64,000 nt of DNA from Camelus ferus (lineage: Eukaryota): contig NC_045696.1 of assembly GCF_009834535.1 (NCBI RefSeq), forward strand, positions 111,416,001-111,480,000, read 5' to 3'. Within the stretch, counting starts at the first letter, position 1; each line of letters begins with the position of its first letter. This document shows, piece after piece, positions 25,241-39,163 of the stretch. The notes under the pieces were generated by a model, which made no database searches, was not told the DNA's origin, and worked only from the letters and a program-made list of their open reading frames with translations. The position numbers and the translations under genes are program-made.

Positions 25241-25858
25241 AGAAATGTGGAATTGGCAGAATTGAGGTAATAAGAAACAGGAATGAGGGCTCTTCTATCC
25301 ATGACTAGGAAATTAATAGTCCTTTTTATTTAGATTCTTCTAATAGTAAATAAATCATAAATAATAAAAGGAAGAAGGCATATAGAGATGTATCATCCAT
25401 GTCTCTGGTGATTTGCATAATCACATCATTCAATGATTCTGACTTGCCAAAGTCATGAGAGGTAAAATGGCAAGTATACATCTAATCACAACTTTTACCT
25501 CAATAAAATCTTCCAAACACCTCTGTATTCCTGCTGAAAGGATGTATACATTCCTTATTATCATAAGGATAGTTTCTATTGATTTATGTTTGCCAGTTCA
25601 TTATTTTAGAAATTTCACTCCAATACCATGTTGGTGACATTTCCACATCAGAGGTATTCTGAACTGAACAGAGCTCCATTTCCTGCCCTTGCCGCAATGC
25701 AAACGTTTCACTGATGAGGATACACTGAAATTCAAAAAGGTGAGTAACTTGGGTAAAACCACCATGGTAGTGGCAAAACAGTGATAAAAGTCCAAAACTC
25801 TGGTTTATTTTATCCAGTGCTCTCCTGAGGACACCATGAAAATAGATTAGAAAAACAC

Positions 25859-26228
25859 TGTATCAGCCAACTAATGCTGTGTAACAAACCACCTCAAAAG
25901 TCAATGTCTTAAAGTTACTTATGTCCATAAATCTGTGGGTTGACCACAATGCTTCTGCTTCAGGCTGCAGATCTGTGGTGCTGTTTGACTTGTCTCTCAG
26001 CTTCTTTGCATCAGAGGCTCACCAGAGAATGTTCTCATGGAGATGGCAGGGGTGCAAAAAAGATGACCCAACAGCACAGGCACATATAAAGCCCTTCCTT
26101 GGGTTGAATGTGATAAACTTCCCATTGATCAAGATAAATTAGATGACCAAGTTCAAAGTCAAGGAGAAGGAATTGTAAAGTTACCAACAAAAAAACAAAA
26201 ATTAGGGCCCATAATTCAATCTACTCCA
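25859..26228 (-). mobile_element. MaLR LTR (MLT1H/I/J-like)
   Basis: TGTATCAGC...TGCTGTGTAACAAACCACCTCAAAA...CAATCTACTCCA termini. Confidence 0.65.
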
Positions 26229-27074
26229 AATGTAAACAGACCAAGGAAGCATTAAATAAAAAATACACTTTCTAAAGTAAAGTCAGTGAAACACAAATGA
26301 GGTCTGTTATAAAAGAAAAGCACCAGGGTGTTTTGGTTATGCAGTGCCCCAGGTAATGAGTACAAAGAGGGCACCTCATCTGAATCAAGTTCATTTATTT
26401 AGCTTGAGCTGAGGATTAATGCTATAAATTTCTCATTAAATATTAAATCACAGCTCTCTCATCCAAGCAAATTAGCCTAGATATTACTGATGCTAGTGAA
26501 ACTCCTTCCGGGCTCTAATTTGAAAGGCATAGATTTGAGCACAAACTTGTATACAAACCGATGACTTTATTAAGAACAGACAAGCAAAATATCCTTTTCC
26601 CCAATTTTGAAAATCAATTTTCAGATATTATTAGGACCCCTGGGCTAGATATAAAATTGAATTGTTTTGCTGTCTTATTCAGAAAAAAAAAAAATTCACC
26701 CATTTCTGTTACTCCCCCTCCCGCTTTACTCAAGAGGCAAATCGTTTGTGAGAGGATTGATCAAAGAACAACCAACCAGACCCCGGATGACTTTGGTAGG
26801 GGAAACAGAGTGGGGTTAAAGAAAGCAGGGATGACAAGGATATATGTTAAGGTCCTGTGAAATACAGAAGCCACGTCCGACAATATGGAAGCTGCAGGAG
26901 CCCCAGACAGAGCAGCAGCAGCAGGGAGGCACTCCTGAGGCTGAGCATCCCGCGGCAGGAGGTTCTAAAGGGGGGACCTGTTGCCGCATGATCAATGGAA
27001 AACCATACCAGGAGTCTATGCAGACACAGGAATTGTTTATCAGTCTTCCTGCCGTGGATAAGCAGAATAGAGCA

Positions 27075-27421
27075 CAATCATCTCTCGGTATCTGCGGTAG
27101 ATTAGTTCCAGGACACCCCATGGGTACCAAAATTCACAAATGTTCAAGTCCTTTATACAAAGTGGTGTGTATTTGTATATAACCAGACATCCTCCCATAT
27201 ACTTTACATCATCTCTACATTATTTGTAATACCTAATACAGTGTCAATGCTATGAGAATAATTGTAAATACAATGTAAATACTGCATTAATAGTTGCCAG
27301 TGTGTGGTAAATTCAAGTTTTGCTTTTTGTAGCTTGCTGGGATCTGGGCTTTTTTTTCCTGAATGTTTTCCATCTCGTTGAATCCATGGAAGCAGAACCC
27401 ATGGATACGGAGGGCCAACTG
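27075..27421. mobile_element. MER2 (TcMar-Tigger) MITE
   Basis: TIRs CAATCATCTCTCGGTATCTG...GGATACGGAGGGCCAACTG followed by TA; internal TTCAAGTCCTTTATA, AATACCTAATACA. Confidence 0.85.
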
Positions 27422-27429
27422 TACAGGTT

Positions 27430-27685
27430 ATGTAGCAAAATATAATCTGGATTCAAGTCTGGATGCTACTATAGGAATAAGTCCTGGTCCCCACTACTTC
27501 ACCAGCTGTGAGGATTTCTGCAAATCACTTTGATTAACCTATGTTAGCCTGTCTCCTCATCTGTCAAATGTAGAAATTAATAATACCTGTCCCTTAGTTT
27601 TGTGGGGACAACTAAATGGAAAAAATGTATACTGAGCAACTGGCATGATGCTTAGCAAGTAACAAAGGTTCATAAATAGTCGCTG
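27430..27685 (+). mobile_element. MIR SINE
   Basis: CCACTACTTCACCAGCTGTG...CCTCATCTGTCAAATG...CATAAATAG. Confidence 0.65.
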
Positions 27686-29160
27686 AAGCCATTTTATGAG
27701 CTAATACATTCTAGGTTTTTACCACATGAGGGGCAGATAATAAATACTTGTTTAAAAATTTGATGAATTATTTTTTTCTCCTCCATTCTGCATGATATTC
27801 CTGGGAGCTGCACCGATATGTACCAACCCTTTCAATAGTAAATAAAGATTTTTATTAGAATGCACGAAAAACAGTTTCAAGAAACAAAAATGAGTGCACT
27901 CTTCATTTGATCAGTGGAAATAAAGATTCCCAAACATCCGATTCCGTTACTTTGAGGCATATGCATTGTTTAACTTCTCTGGGTTATTCTGAGGCAGACA
28001 GCCTACATTTTGAGAAAAAATAAAAACATTATAAACCATGGTCTCCTATGTTTAAAAAACAGACAAATATTTTTAACTACTTCAACAGATCTTAACTGAA
28101 CTCCAGGGACGGCCATTTCGAGAAAGATGAAGACAAGCATTGTAAATGAAAATGGATTAATTATTAATTCAGGGTGTACTATTTGTGAGAGAGAAAATTT
28201 CTCCTCTTACACCCAGTTTAAGGAATTTGGGACGCATCATCTCTCTGTTTGATTTTCCATAATACAGTGAAATAAGTGAGGATAATCCAGAGTCAGCAAA
28301 ATACCTACAAAAGGTTCTTCTTGGACAATAACAAGTCAGAGCTTTCGGGATGGATTTGCAGTCCCAGGTCACAGCCTCCTAGAAAGAGAAACATTGTGTT
28401 GCTGGGAGTCACCCAGTGATGTCGTCCAGTTCAGTGTCTTCGTTTTCATTTGGTGGAACTAAGGAGGGGTAGGAATGTCATAGATTCCTGGTTTCTCAAT
28501 AACTGGGCTGGGATGAGAACCACAGTTTTCAACTTTTGTTTGTTTGTTTGCTTGTTTCTGCTGAGTCAGTCATTTTCAGCCTAAAGCTCCAGGTTAGTAA
28601 ATGAGGAAAGTGCAGGCTGAGAAGTCAGTTTCAGTATTTTTAGAGATCTCCTGGGAATTTGCTCATAATAAGGCCACGGAAGACAAATTTTAAAATTGAC
28701 TTTTTTTTTTAACCTGGAATTACATAAACTCAGTATGGTGACACTGATGTTTTCATGCTGCCTAGAAGCTCTAAAAAGATTCTGAAAAAGATTCCAAAAG
28801 TTACTGCACTATTAACAAACTACCTCATCGTGGAATTTTCTGGGACATAATGGCGGGCCTGACTCTGCCCCAAGTCCAGAAGACACCCCTATTTAAAAAG
28901 AACATACTCCCCCAGACCAAACTAGAGAGACAGCCGAAACAGTTACCCACAGCAATGAACAGTGCTCACCGCCTGCGTGCTTCCTTAACTTCCTTACACA
29001 GTAGCATTATAATTGAAGTAATGATTTATGCATTTTCATAATAGTCTGGTAAACTTGAATCACTGGTTTAAATCGGAAATCATGTTTAAGTGAAAAAAAC
29101 CAGTAATAACCCAGATGGAACTAATTAATTATTATTTAGTGAATGCAGTTTAGTAAAAAG

Positions 29161-29236
29161 AAAATCTTTCAAAATACAAGTCTTTGGTGGCATTAAAAAA
29201 AATCTTTCAAAATACAAGTGTTTGGTGGCATTAAAA
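29161..29236. repeat. Tandem duplication, 2 x 38 bp
   Basis: AAAATCTTTCAAAATACAAGT(C/G)TTTGGTGGCATTAAAA repeated head-to-tail with one mismatch. Confidence 0.95.
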
Positions 29237-30512
29237 AGACAAAGAATCCTGCAATTGCTGTACTGTATCAAGCTACCTCTTGGTAGAAATTCACATTTGA
29301 GGACCCTGAGCTACAATTGTAAGATTCCCAAAGTGAAATCTCCAGGAAAGAACACCCAAGCTCAGCTTTCAAGAGTATGCACAATCATCCTTTATTCCTG
29401 TGTTATAAAACGTATGAGTCTCTTTAGGAAGCCATCTGGCCTGATCTGATCTGGATTCATGAGGAAGCCTTATAGGGAAGAGACACTGCGCTATTAAAAA
29501 AGATTGGTGCTTTGTTGAACGTAAACCGCATAGAAAAGCTGCTAGCTAAATAAACTCCAACAACAACAAAAAAATCAAACTGTCTACCTCTAAAAACAAT
29601 GGGTCTCATGAAAAATGGAAGTTTCTGTTAACATGTTCAGTATTAGGAGCTACTATCCAACATACGTGGTCAGTTCTCTCTCTCGCTATTGTCTTCAGAA
29701 GAAAAAGTCTGCTTATCTGTCTGGCTGCAACTGGACCCACGTTTTTGCAGATTTCTGCTTTTTTCCCATTTTGAATGTTTTACATTTTCAGCATTTTCGA
29801 TCTCGTTTATCCCAGTTTCTGACAGTTCAAGTCAGACTTCTTTCTAAATCTCAAGATTTATATCTAAAATCCAGAATTCCACGAATATCCTACAATAAGC
29901 AGCCAAGAAATGCTCCAAAGTATTTCTTTGAGAATGAATCATCCCTTAGTATATAAATGATACAAAGGAGGAAATTTACATCTAATAAGCAGCTACCATA
30001 TTCCACCCTCCGTTCTCAGCACATTAGATAAAATATCTCAATATCTGTCATCTATGGTATTACTAGACCCACTTGTAATAAGGAAACTGAAGCTTGGAAA
30101 GGTTGCACAGCGTAAAGTGTGAGCTCTGATTGGTGGCAGTGCTGAAACAATCCCGTCCGTAACAGGTGACTTAAATTTGACTGCGTTTTCCTTGCCTGGT
30201 TGGATGCAGATTTGTTCTCAACTCGCACATCCAACACATTAGAGATACCAGGTTACAAGTGACAGAAGCCCAGCCTGAACTAGTTTAAACAAACTAGGAG
30301 AATTTATCCCCAAATGCAAAGCCTACGAGAAAAGAGTTAGGACGGATTTACAGTGACTGGACTGGCTTGAACAAAGTCAAGGCTCTTTTCCTCCCTCTCG
30401 CTGTATTTCTCCTGATGGTGAAAGACTGGACCCAGGAACATCACTCCCTAATATCACAGTCTTGGAATATGAGACCCCCAACTAGCAGCTGCTGGTGAAG
30501 AATTCCTTAAGG

Positions 30513-30724
30513 GAGGATTTCTCAAGAGCAACATTATTGACATTTTAAACGGAATAATTCCTTGTTGTGAGGGTCTGTGCTGGGCATTGTTTAGCATGTT
30601 TAGAAACATCTCTGACGTCTACCCACTAGATACCAATAGCATCCCCCAAACATGACAACCACAGACATCTCCATTGTCAAAAGTCTCCCATGGGGTGGCA
30701 GAGCTCCTCTGTTGAGAATCACTG
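30513..30724. mobile_element. MER20 (hAT-Charlie), apparently nested in an old MLT1 LTR (~30230-30800)
   Basis: TTCTCAA...ATTGACATTT...CTACCCACTAGATACCA...GTTGAGAATCACTG; degenerate 8-bp TSD CCTTAAGG/CTTTACGG. Confidence 0.8.
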
Positions 30725-31114
30725 CTTTACGGAGAACTATGACTAGCGTGGTTTGATTCAAGCACAATCCTGGTGGTCAGAAAAAGGGGGTGACTGAAAA
30801 TATGGTCAATGTAGACTACATGACTAGAGGGCAGAGCACGGACATGGTCAGTAGAAAGTCTTTGAGACTGAGCTGTGCCCCAGTTTGTATCAATTTCATG
30901 CAGGAAAGCAAATCAAAGAGCTTCTTTACTTGACTCAAATTATGCTTGATGAATCTTTTGTAGCCAGACCCTTTCAGTATCATTTTCCACATTCCAGTTG
31001 CTTTAATGGAATATTTACATATTCTTTCTTTTTTTTTTTTTTTGCCCCCCAACTTTCCTATTCTAAGCACATTTTTTAAATGTGCAGCAAGTCCATTTGT
31101 TCAGGACACAAGAT

Positions 31115-31350
31115 AATAGTAATTGTTACAACTTACTGAGCATCTAGTAAATGCCAGGCAGGCACCAATCTATGTATTTTTCATTCATGTCATTTAATCC
31201 TCACAACAGCCCTATGAAATAGGCTCTATTGTTACCCCTATCTTATGGAAGAAGGAAAAAGTCTTAGAGAAGTTAAATGACTTACCCAAGGTTGTGTAGC
31301 TGGGATTTCAAAACATGTCTGTTTAGTATTAAAGCTGACACTCTTATTTA
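31115..31350 (-). mobile_element. MIR SINE
   Basis: CATTTAATCCTCACAACAGCCCTATGA...AGAAGTTAAATGACTTACCCAAGG. Confidence 0.8.
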
Positions 31351-32420
31351 CAAAGGCTACAAACAGTTCTGCAGGAGTCAAAACTAAGGAGCCAGGAAAG
31401 AAACAATAGAAGTAAGTGTGGTTCTTCCTCTCCCTTTTCTCCAGTTGTTGCCTCCCCACCACCTACACTCCACTCTTCACCCCTGCCCACACTCTTTTTT
31501 TAGGAATAAAGAAAAAGTCACTGAGACATTTTTCAAAAGTTAAGTTGCTAAGAAGTAGAGGTGATCAATTAATTCAAAAACTAAACATTACAAAGAAGGA
31601 TTAATCACCATTCATTCCCACTCAGTTTGGCCCTTTTTGGTTGATGTTATGAAGCAAGGAGGAAAAAGGGTGGATCTGATGATTGCTCTGAAATACAATG
31701 CCCAGGGTATCAGCATTATAGGACGCAGGAGTCTTTCAGAGACATTAGAAAAAGTAGCTGCAGATCCCAAGTATTTCAGAGTCTTGCAGGGAAATCTGAG
31801 CAAAGTGGGAGAGCTTGTCAACGTCAGTGAGCCCGCAGACAGGAAGGTCTGACCACAGGGTAGTTCCCAGTGAGGACTTTCTTGCTTTGGACAGGAATCC
31901 CTGAGAAGAAATGGGAGTCGAGGCGGACTGGCTAATGGTGCCAGCTGTGCCCCAGCAATTTGTTTCACTTTAATTATTCATCTCTTTGGCCTTCATTTTC
32001 TAACCTCTAAAATTGTGTGTTGAGTTACGCTGCCCACTGCACCACTTCTCCCTGGTATACTCTGCAGTCCATGATTGAGACGGTGGTGTTGGTGCCAACG
32101 GATGTCTCATTCTTACTTAGTCTAATCCGCAGAGAGGCTGAGCCCTTCTCTTGGCAACTCCCTTTCAACCTGGTCAGGAGAAACCCCACATGCAACTCAG
32201 TACCCCATCTGCATGGAAGAGGTTCTATACCAGGGGGCCCACACCACGGCTCACCACACGTCACCCTGTCTAGACGTCTTACCCCATTCCTCACAAGCTC
32301 TGGGGTCACATGACCCTATATTAACCCGATGTTTAATTAGGTGTATCTTATCCTTCAAACAAGGCTTAGACGTCATCTTAGGTCATATCTTATCCTTTTT
32401 CACATCATTTTGTCACTTTT

Positions 32421-32668
32421 TTTAATATATATTTTTGTTGAAGTACAGTCAGTTTACAATGTTGTATCAGTTTCTGGTGTACAGCACCATGTTTCAGTCA
32501 TAAAGGAACATACATACACTCATTTTCATATTCTTTTTCACCATAAGTTACTATAAGATATCGAATATAGGTCCCTGTGCTATACAATATGAACTTGTTC
32601 ATCTATTTTATATATATTAATTAGTATCTGCAAATCTCAGACTCCCAATTTATCCCTTCCCACCCCCT
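32421..32668 (-). mobile_element. LINE-1 3' end
   Basis: L1 3'UTR antisense; 14-bp TSD ATTTTGTCACTTTT at 32407-32420 and 32669-32682. Confidence 0.92.
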
Positions 32669-35600
32669 ATTTTGTCACTTTTAACATGGTTTCTAGTTCT
32701 GTCTGTCCCTGTCCCCTCTTCCACTGGCCCCTTAAGCTTGTTTGTGATAAAATTGGGATTTCTCTTTCTTAAACAATCTTTTCCTTTTTTTTTTTTTTTA
32801 CTATTTATTTCAAATTTTTTTCAGTTCTTGAAGCAATTTCAACACAAGCATACAATTCAATATGAAACATAGGACCTTCCAATGATACACTTCCGTGTAC
32901 CCAATAGTCTTGTAACTACCTATAGCCAAAAAAGACCAGATGATGTCTAAGGCCCCTTCCAGTTGTAACGTTCTACAGTGCCATGGCTGCTCCAGCAATG
33001 GTATTAAACATATAACATGGAGCAAAAGAAACTTGCTGTGTGTAAAGCAGCAGTTAAAGGATTAGAACATGAGCAGAGTTTCAAAAATAGCCCTTCATTG
33101 TAGGCAAACTGATTTCAGATTTTCCACCCATAAATAATCATATGGTACCATTATCAGCAACTGAAAGGCAGACGTGAAGCCCTGTGCCCCCAGCACGTAT
33201 GACAAAACTCACACCTCTCCTGTGATTTGGATGAACTGTAACGGAGGTGGGGGGGACGCCCAGGACCCCAAGTGGTTTTCTCTATTCCCCGACACCTACT
33301 TTTCCAGTGATGTGTTAACCACCATGACTCACACTTTACTGGACCTTCCCTTTTACTTCAGTTTGTCGCAGGGGGTGGATGCAGGGTGCTGATGTTTTGA
33401 AGAAACACATCAGAACCAGTACATCCAAATTAATGCACTTCCTCAAAGGGCATGCCCTCCTCCTAACAATGGAAAATCCTTGGAAGAGTTTCTCTGAGAT
33501 ACACTTTCGATGCCAGTTCATTGACTACATTAAAAAAAATAGTTTTATCATCCTATACTGTACCTTGTATTTGGAAAAAAGAAAAGCCAACTTGATTACC
33601 CAGTTTGATGAGCCCTCTCGGTCAATAGGCTTCACCATGGAACTCTTTGGGCTTTTTCCCAAATCCAAAATGACCCAAAAGTCTTACAACCATGGAAAAG
33701 GTTTACACTCTGTGCCAAGAGCTAAGGAGGAAATTCTAAAAGAGACATTTCAAGAGATGTTTTCATTAGTGACAATGTCGATTGCAACAAGTTTACGGTC
33801 TCTCAAGAGGAATGTTCTGAAGGTGTCGATACTCATTAGGAAGTACAGCTTCTGGCTTGTATGCTATGCGCTTGTTTGTTATTTTTTCTTTAGCTCATAC
33901 AATTAATAAATAAATAACTCATAGTATTGATTCATCTTTATCATACTGAGTTTCAGAAAGAGTTTAATTGGATTTATAAGGAGAGACATTTAAAAACAAG
34001 AAACGGCCAAAATGGCAAGTGAAGTGAAAGAAGAATTTAAAAAAACAAAAACCCATGAGAGACATAAACAGAGAAGAGGCATGAAGTGTAAAATGCACAT
34101 CGTCGTGTGAACTTGTGACCCACCATGTGGCTGGCAGCCAGTGGGGAAAAGGCACCGCCAGGCCAGCTACACAATTCACAATGTCCGTAGGAAAGGAAGC
34201 AGGTCAACTACTGGGGAAGAATTGTGTGACTCACAGCATTTCCTCTTTCCCATTAGCCCACAGCGAGGGCTGGCCACGGCTTTCTTCAGAAAGGAGTGTT
34301 GAATCCGTTCTGTGTCTCAGGTGACAAGTGAACGAGGCCCCAGAATTAACTACCCTCCGGAACAGGGCTGTGGTTCTCACAGTTTTTTTCTAAATGTTGA
34401 GGCGCCTACGACAAGACACCGGACCTTTATCAAATTTTGATCTGAAAATAAAATAAGAGTGCCTAACTTCAAATAATATTAATTCCTCCAAGAAAAAAAT
34501 ATTTCAGATGCCTCCTAAAGTTATTTAACTAGGTCACCGTTGTATGGGATTAGGACATAACAAATAATCAAAATTTAAGAAATACCATCCCAAAATACCT
34601 TTTACCATAGAATAGTTGATGTGTCTCCTCTGTGAGAAATATATTTAGCTAGTTGATTCTTTAATGGTTGCAGTGCCTTATCACATTTTTCTGAAGATGG
34701 TTAGATATTCTCTAAATAGAGTGAATATACACATATGTTCAAAGAAGCTTGTAAGCGGGTTGTTTTTACACACTGTATATAATAATGGAAGATTGGAAGT
34801 ACTCCCACGTCCTTCAACAAGGTAATGGTTAGGTAAGGAGTGGCACTACCTTGCATTAAAAAGAACAAGATAAAGTTAAATTTACTCTTATGAGAAAACC
34901 CTAAAACATATTTCTTTCTTTTTTCCATCTTTTCTGTTCATCCTGCCCATTTGTGTCCATCCTATTTTTTGATTCTAGTGGCTTTCTTTCACAATGTTAG
35001 CTTTTCCAAACTGTTCAGTGATTCTCGGTCATGTATGAATGTTTGCCTGTGACAACTGTATTTGTCATCATTCATTGTGGAGACAGGAGCAAGGTAGGTC
35101 CACAGCTTGTCCGGTTAGCCTTGGGACTCTCCCCTCCGTGTGATGTCAGCAGCTACCTGGGACACTGCCCTTTCGCTTAGGTCCAAGTGATCTCATTTAT
35201 TCTGCCCAGGGAGAGGACAGGCGGATGTTTCTGCTGCCTACTGCTTGGCACAAGTGTCGGGGAGGAAATAATGTTGAGTCTCCTGGCTTCTCCTGTGGCA
35301 CCTCCCACAGTCACTCTGAGGGTCACTCCAGGCCCTCTTCCTCCTCCTCTAGCTGCCTCTCCGGACTTTGAACCTCTTCTGAAACTGTTCCTTATTTTGT
35401 GAACAAAAACTACTCTGTGTTGTAGGCAATGGATTTCCCATTTCAATCCAACTCAATTATTTCAGGGATTTCTTGTCATGCCTGTCCACCTAGAGGACCC
35501 CTTCTGGTTTTCTGGCATGTTATAGATCTTTTGGAAAATACAATGCTTTATGTCACATCCAGGAATTTGCAGTGGGAACCGGAGGCAGGCATGTGTGCTC

Positions 35601-35699
35601 AACTCACGCTACTGTTTGAATCTCTGAGTTGCTTTGTGGACACGGGTTCAGTCCTCTCCCCCACCCTCCTCCAAAGATACAGCTGGGACTTCCACGGGG

Positions 35700-36050
35700 A
35701 TTAGGTTAGCAAAATAGATTAAATTAAGGAGAATTTACCTCCTTACAATACTGATTTTTCTAATACATAAACAGACAAATTTCATTCTGTTCATGTATTT
35801 CTCCATAGAATGCTAAAATTCTGATCATGCAGGTCTTCAGATCCTTTTTATTTATTCTTGGGTACTTTATGTTTTTGTTGCTACTGTGAATGGAATCTCT
35901 GTTTCCATTAAAATTCCTAATTGATTCTTTTTGCTATATTAGAAAAGTTATTGATTTTGCTCCAGTCATTTTGTAACTGACCACCTTGCTCAGTGCTTTT
36001 GTTTTTTCTAATAGCCTTTCCATTGATTCTCATAAGCTTGTCAGTGGTTG
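35700..36050 (-). mobile_element. Ancient L1M ORF2 fragment
   Basis: TTTATTCTTGGGTACTTTAT...GCTACTGTGAATGG...ATTGATTTT...AATAGC. Confidence 0.55.
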
Positions 36051-36342
36051 CAAGACAATGTGCAACAGTGTACTAGTATTTTCATTTCAACATTGCTTCT
36101 ATTGGAGAAAAGTAGAAAATAATATGAGTCTCCATTAGTAGGAAAAGCGAAAACAGATTAAATGAGCTATGATGCATACTGATGACAGAGCACGTGCAAC
36201 CTTTGAAAATAAACATAAGAGGAAAGAAATCTATATATAAAAGGGGAAAAAAGGACATAAGATAGCAGAAATATTTTGATCCAGTTTCCTCATTCTTACC
36301 AAAAAACTCTTTGTGTATGTATTTTTGTGGAAAATAAGGTAG

Positions 36343-36452
36343 AAAGGAAGAATGGAAGGAAGGAAGGAAAGAAGGAAGGAAGGAAAGAAGGAAGGAAGGA
36401 AGATGGAAGGAAGGAAGGAAGGAAAGGAGGGAGGGAGGGAGGAAGGAGAGGG
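36343..36452 (+). repeat. (GGAA)n/(GGAG)n purine-rich microsatellite
   Basis: Visible imperfect GGAA/GGAG array. Confidence 0.95.
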
Positions 36453-37699
36453 AATAGGTTTTGACAGTTACACAACCAAATTTGTCAAACAGGTGTCTCC
36501 CAGTGGGATGTTTCTTTTTCCCCCTTCTACTGAAAGGCCTACAGTGACAATATATTACTTTTGTTAAAAAAAAAAAAGTTATGTTCAACTGCACATTGTT
36601 CGTTATCATCCACAATCACTATCTTCTGAGATGTGCCATGGTCCCCATCTGTCTGGCCACACCATTCTGGTCCACAGAGAGCCAGGCCCTGTGGGAAGAT
36701 GAATGAGTAAGTTAGAAAATGGGGCTCCTCCGCTGGAGTGGAGAACACAAGAGAGCATGGTAATGGGGGATTCTCAAGGACCGTCATAAAAGAGAAGAGC
36801 TGGCCAGGGTGCCGGGTTATGGAGCCTTACCGTGAAGTCATATCCTGTATGGAGCTTGTCCAGCCAGGCAGATTAAGCCAATGGGGCAGCTCAAACATTT
36901 GAACTGCTCAATGGAAGATGTACCAAGTGTGTTTCATGTAAATTATTTATGCCATGTTGACATAGCCTGGTGCAAGTCTTTAAATTAAATTTTGATGGAA
37001 GGAGATAACTAATTGTTAACTCTAGGATCATAGGAGTAGACATATTCCAGAAGGTACCATCCACAGTTGGGATATTAATCCTCATCTAGGGCAAAAGTTC
37101 TACAATATAAATATGAAAAAAATCTCAGACAACTTAACACATGTCTTTCTTACAGTTAAAATGATTGCCGTATCATGGTATCTCATGATTAGAAAGTGCT
37201 CTTTTCCTATTAAGAGTGGTCAAGTCAGGTAATGTGAGCATCTTTTCTATAACATCCTCACATCTGGTCAGTTAGAAAAAGTCAAAACTTCTTCTATGGT
37301 AGAAAAAAGTATTTTTTTGTCAACATGAAGAGTGTTAACAAGCTTGCTGTTGACAGGAAAAGGAGATATGCTGATCGCACTGTTTGGGGAGTTCTTTATA
37401 TAGAATACCTCATCGCATCTTTATAACACACCTCTAATGTCTTTACCTTACCTCTGCCTGTACTAGGAGAGAACAATTGCCAATAAGAAAACATAGAGCC
37501 TCGGGATTATATATATGTATATATATATCCCGTTTTATGACTCTGCTTCTGCTGCATCCAACTGGCAAATAGGAGTCCCATCTGTGAGAAATAAAGACCT
37601 ACCTATGATTATTCCATCGCAGCCTTTTGAACAAAGGACAGTTCTTTTGCTCCTAATGATGATTTATCATCTTCTGGGTATTTAATTTTTTTTTTCAAA

Positions 37700-38270
37700 A
37701 CATTTTGGTTGCAAATAACCAAGACCTGACTCAAAGATTCTTAAACAATAAGGAAAAAGTACTTTCTCATATAACTTGAAGTCCAGAGGTAAGGCAGGTT
37801 CTCATTTGGTTGACATGATGGACCAAATCTCATCTAGGACTAACTTTCTTTACTTCTCTCCCACCTGCCATCTCGGCTGCCTTTCCTTTGCCCTCAGTCT
37901 GGTTCTCTCATAGCCCCAGGATGCGTACAGCTGATCCAGGCATCACACCCAGACTTCACAACGTATATGCCCACATTCCTTTCTGAGCATCATGGGAACC
38001 GTCCCAGGAGCCTTCAGCCAACTTGTGCTCATCAGCTTGGGTCACATGCCCATCCCTCAACCAGTCACCAGCAAGAGACGTGGGATCTCCTTGATTGGTT
38101 GGGACTGATGACAATCCAATCGCCAGAGCTGGGGTTGGGGCAGCTTTCCCTGAAGTAGGTGGGCATGTGAGGGAGGCTTGAAACTTGAGCTAAATGGTGG
38201 GTGTTTCATAAATGATAGAGACGAGGACGAGAGGAAAGGTGGGGAGGCAACCAACAGCCCTAAACACACA
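37700..38270 (-). mobile_element. MaLR LTR (MLT1K-like)
   Basis: GGTTGCAAATAAC...TCTCATATAACTTGAAGTCCAGAGG...GGGTCACATGCCCATCCCT...GGCAACCAACAG. Confidence 0.65.
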
Positions 38271-38544
38271 GCAGACAGGAACTAAGTCCAAGATCACTCC
38301 AGCCAGACCAGCCCATTAACAGTCCCAAACTTCTACCACTCAGATTTTCACCTTTGTATCTTGCTGTTATCCATTACTTTCTGCGAAGTGGTCGTTTGTT
38401 ATTTCTCTAGAAATCTGAATTTCACCCAACATTTTAGGTTCAGTTCAATCTCACCTCTAGCCTATTGACCTCTCTTTTTCTAGAGGCAACTCTCCTGTGA
38501 GGCTAACTTGGCATCTGACTAAAGACCTTATATCAACCTTATAT

Positions 38545-39163
38545 TGGACACAAACTACAGACACAGACTCCCACTTCTCAGACTGTCCTGCCACCACCAG
38601 GAGCTGATCAGTCACTTGTTCTGGGAATGATAACCTCCCCCTGGGTTTCTGCCATGCATTTGGCCCAAGCAACCACAAACCTGCAGTTTCTGGCCCCCTT
38701 ACCTCTTCTGGACTTAAAAGCAAAACCACACACAGCAGGTGATGAGCTGGCATTCCAAGAAGACACCCAAAGGGCCACATGACACAATCCAGAAGTGCGG
38801 GGGGACTTAACTTCCCTTGACATGAATCTGGACCAGTGAGAAACAGGAGGTGGGAGGGAGCTGGGAAGATGAATTTCCCCTCCTTTACCCCTCTCATGGA
38901 CTTCCCCAAGCCAGCATTCTCCCAAACAGTCTGGAGATGTCCTTTCAGCTCAGGAGATGCACCAGCCAAGCTTTCTAGAGTGTCTCTTCAAAGCTCATTT
39001 TAAAGCAGCAGCCGGCGCGGCAACGCAGCGCTTCACATTGGCTCGCATCTTTCTTGCCTTTCTCTCTTCCTCATGCTTGTGCCCTAGACTGCATCTCCCA
39101 AACAAAGCCTCAGCACTCCCAGCCTTGCCTCAGGCTCTGCTTTCTGGAACTCAGGCTATGACA
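38545..39163 (+). mobile_element. ERVL-class solo LTR (LTR33/40/41-like, ancient)
   Basis: 3' end CCTTGCCTCAGGCTCTGCTTTCTGGAACTCAGGCTATGACA; left boundary approximate. Confidence 0.6.

Noticed and set aside
31637..31852. 71-aa ORF with protein-like composition
   Set aside because: Non-ATG start, no recognised homology and no clear splice sites; a BLASTP/tBLASTn hit would reopen it.
33379..33906. 175-aa ORF
   Set aside because: No recognisable domain, low-complexity AT-driven composition and no convincing splice context.
36082..36615. 177-aa and overlapping ORFs
   Set aside because: Translation of the GGAA/TTCC microsatellite.
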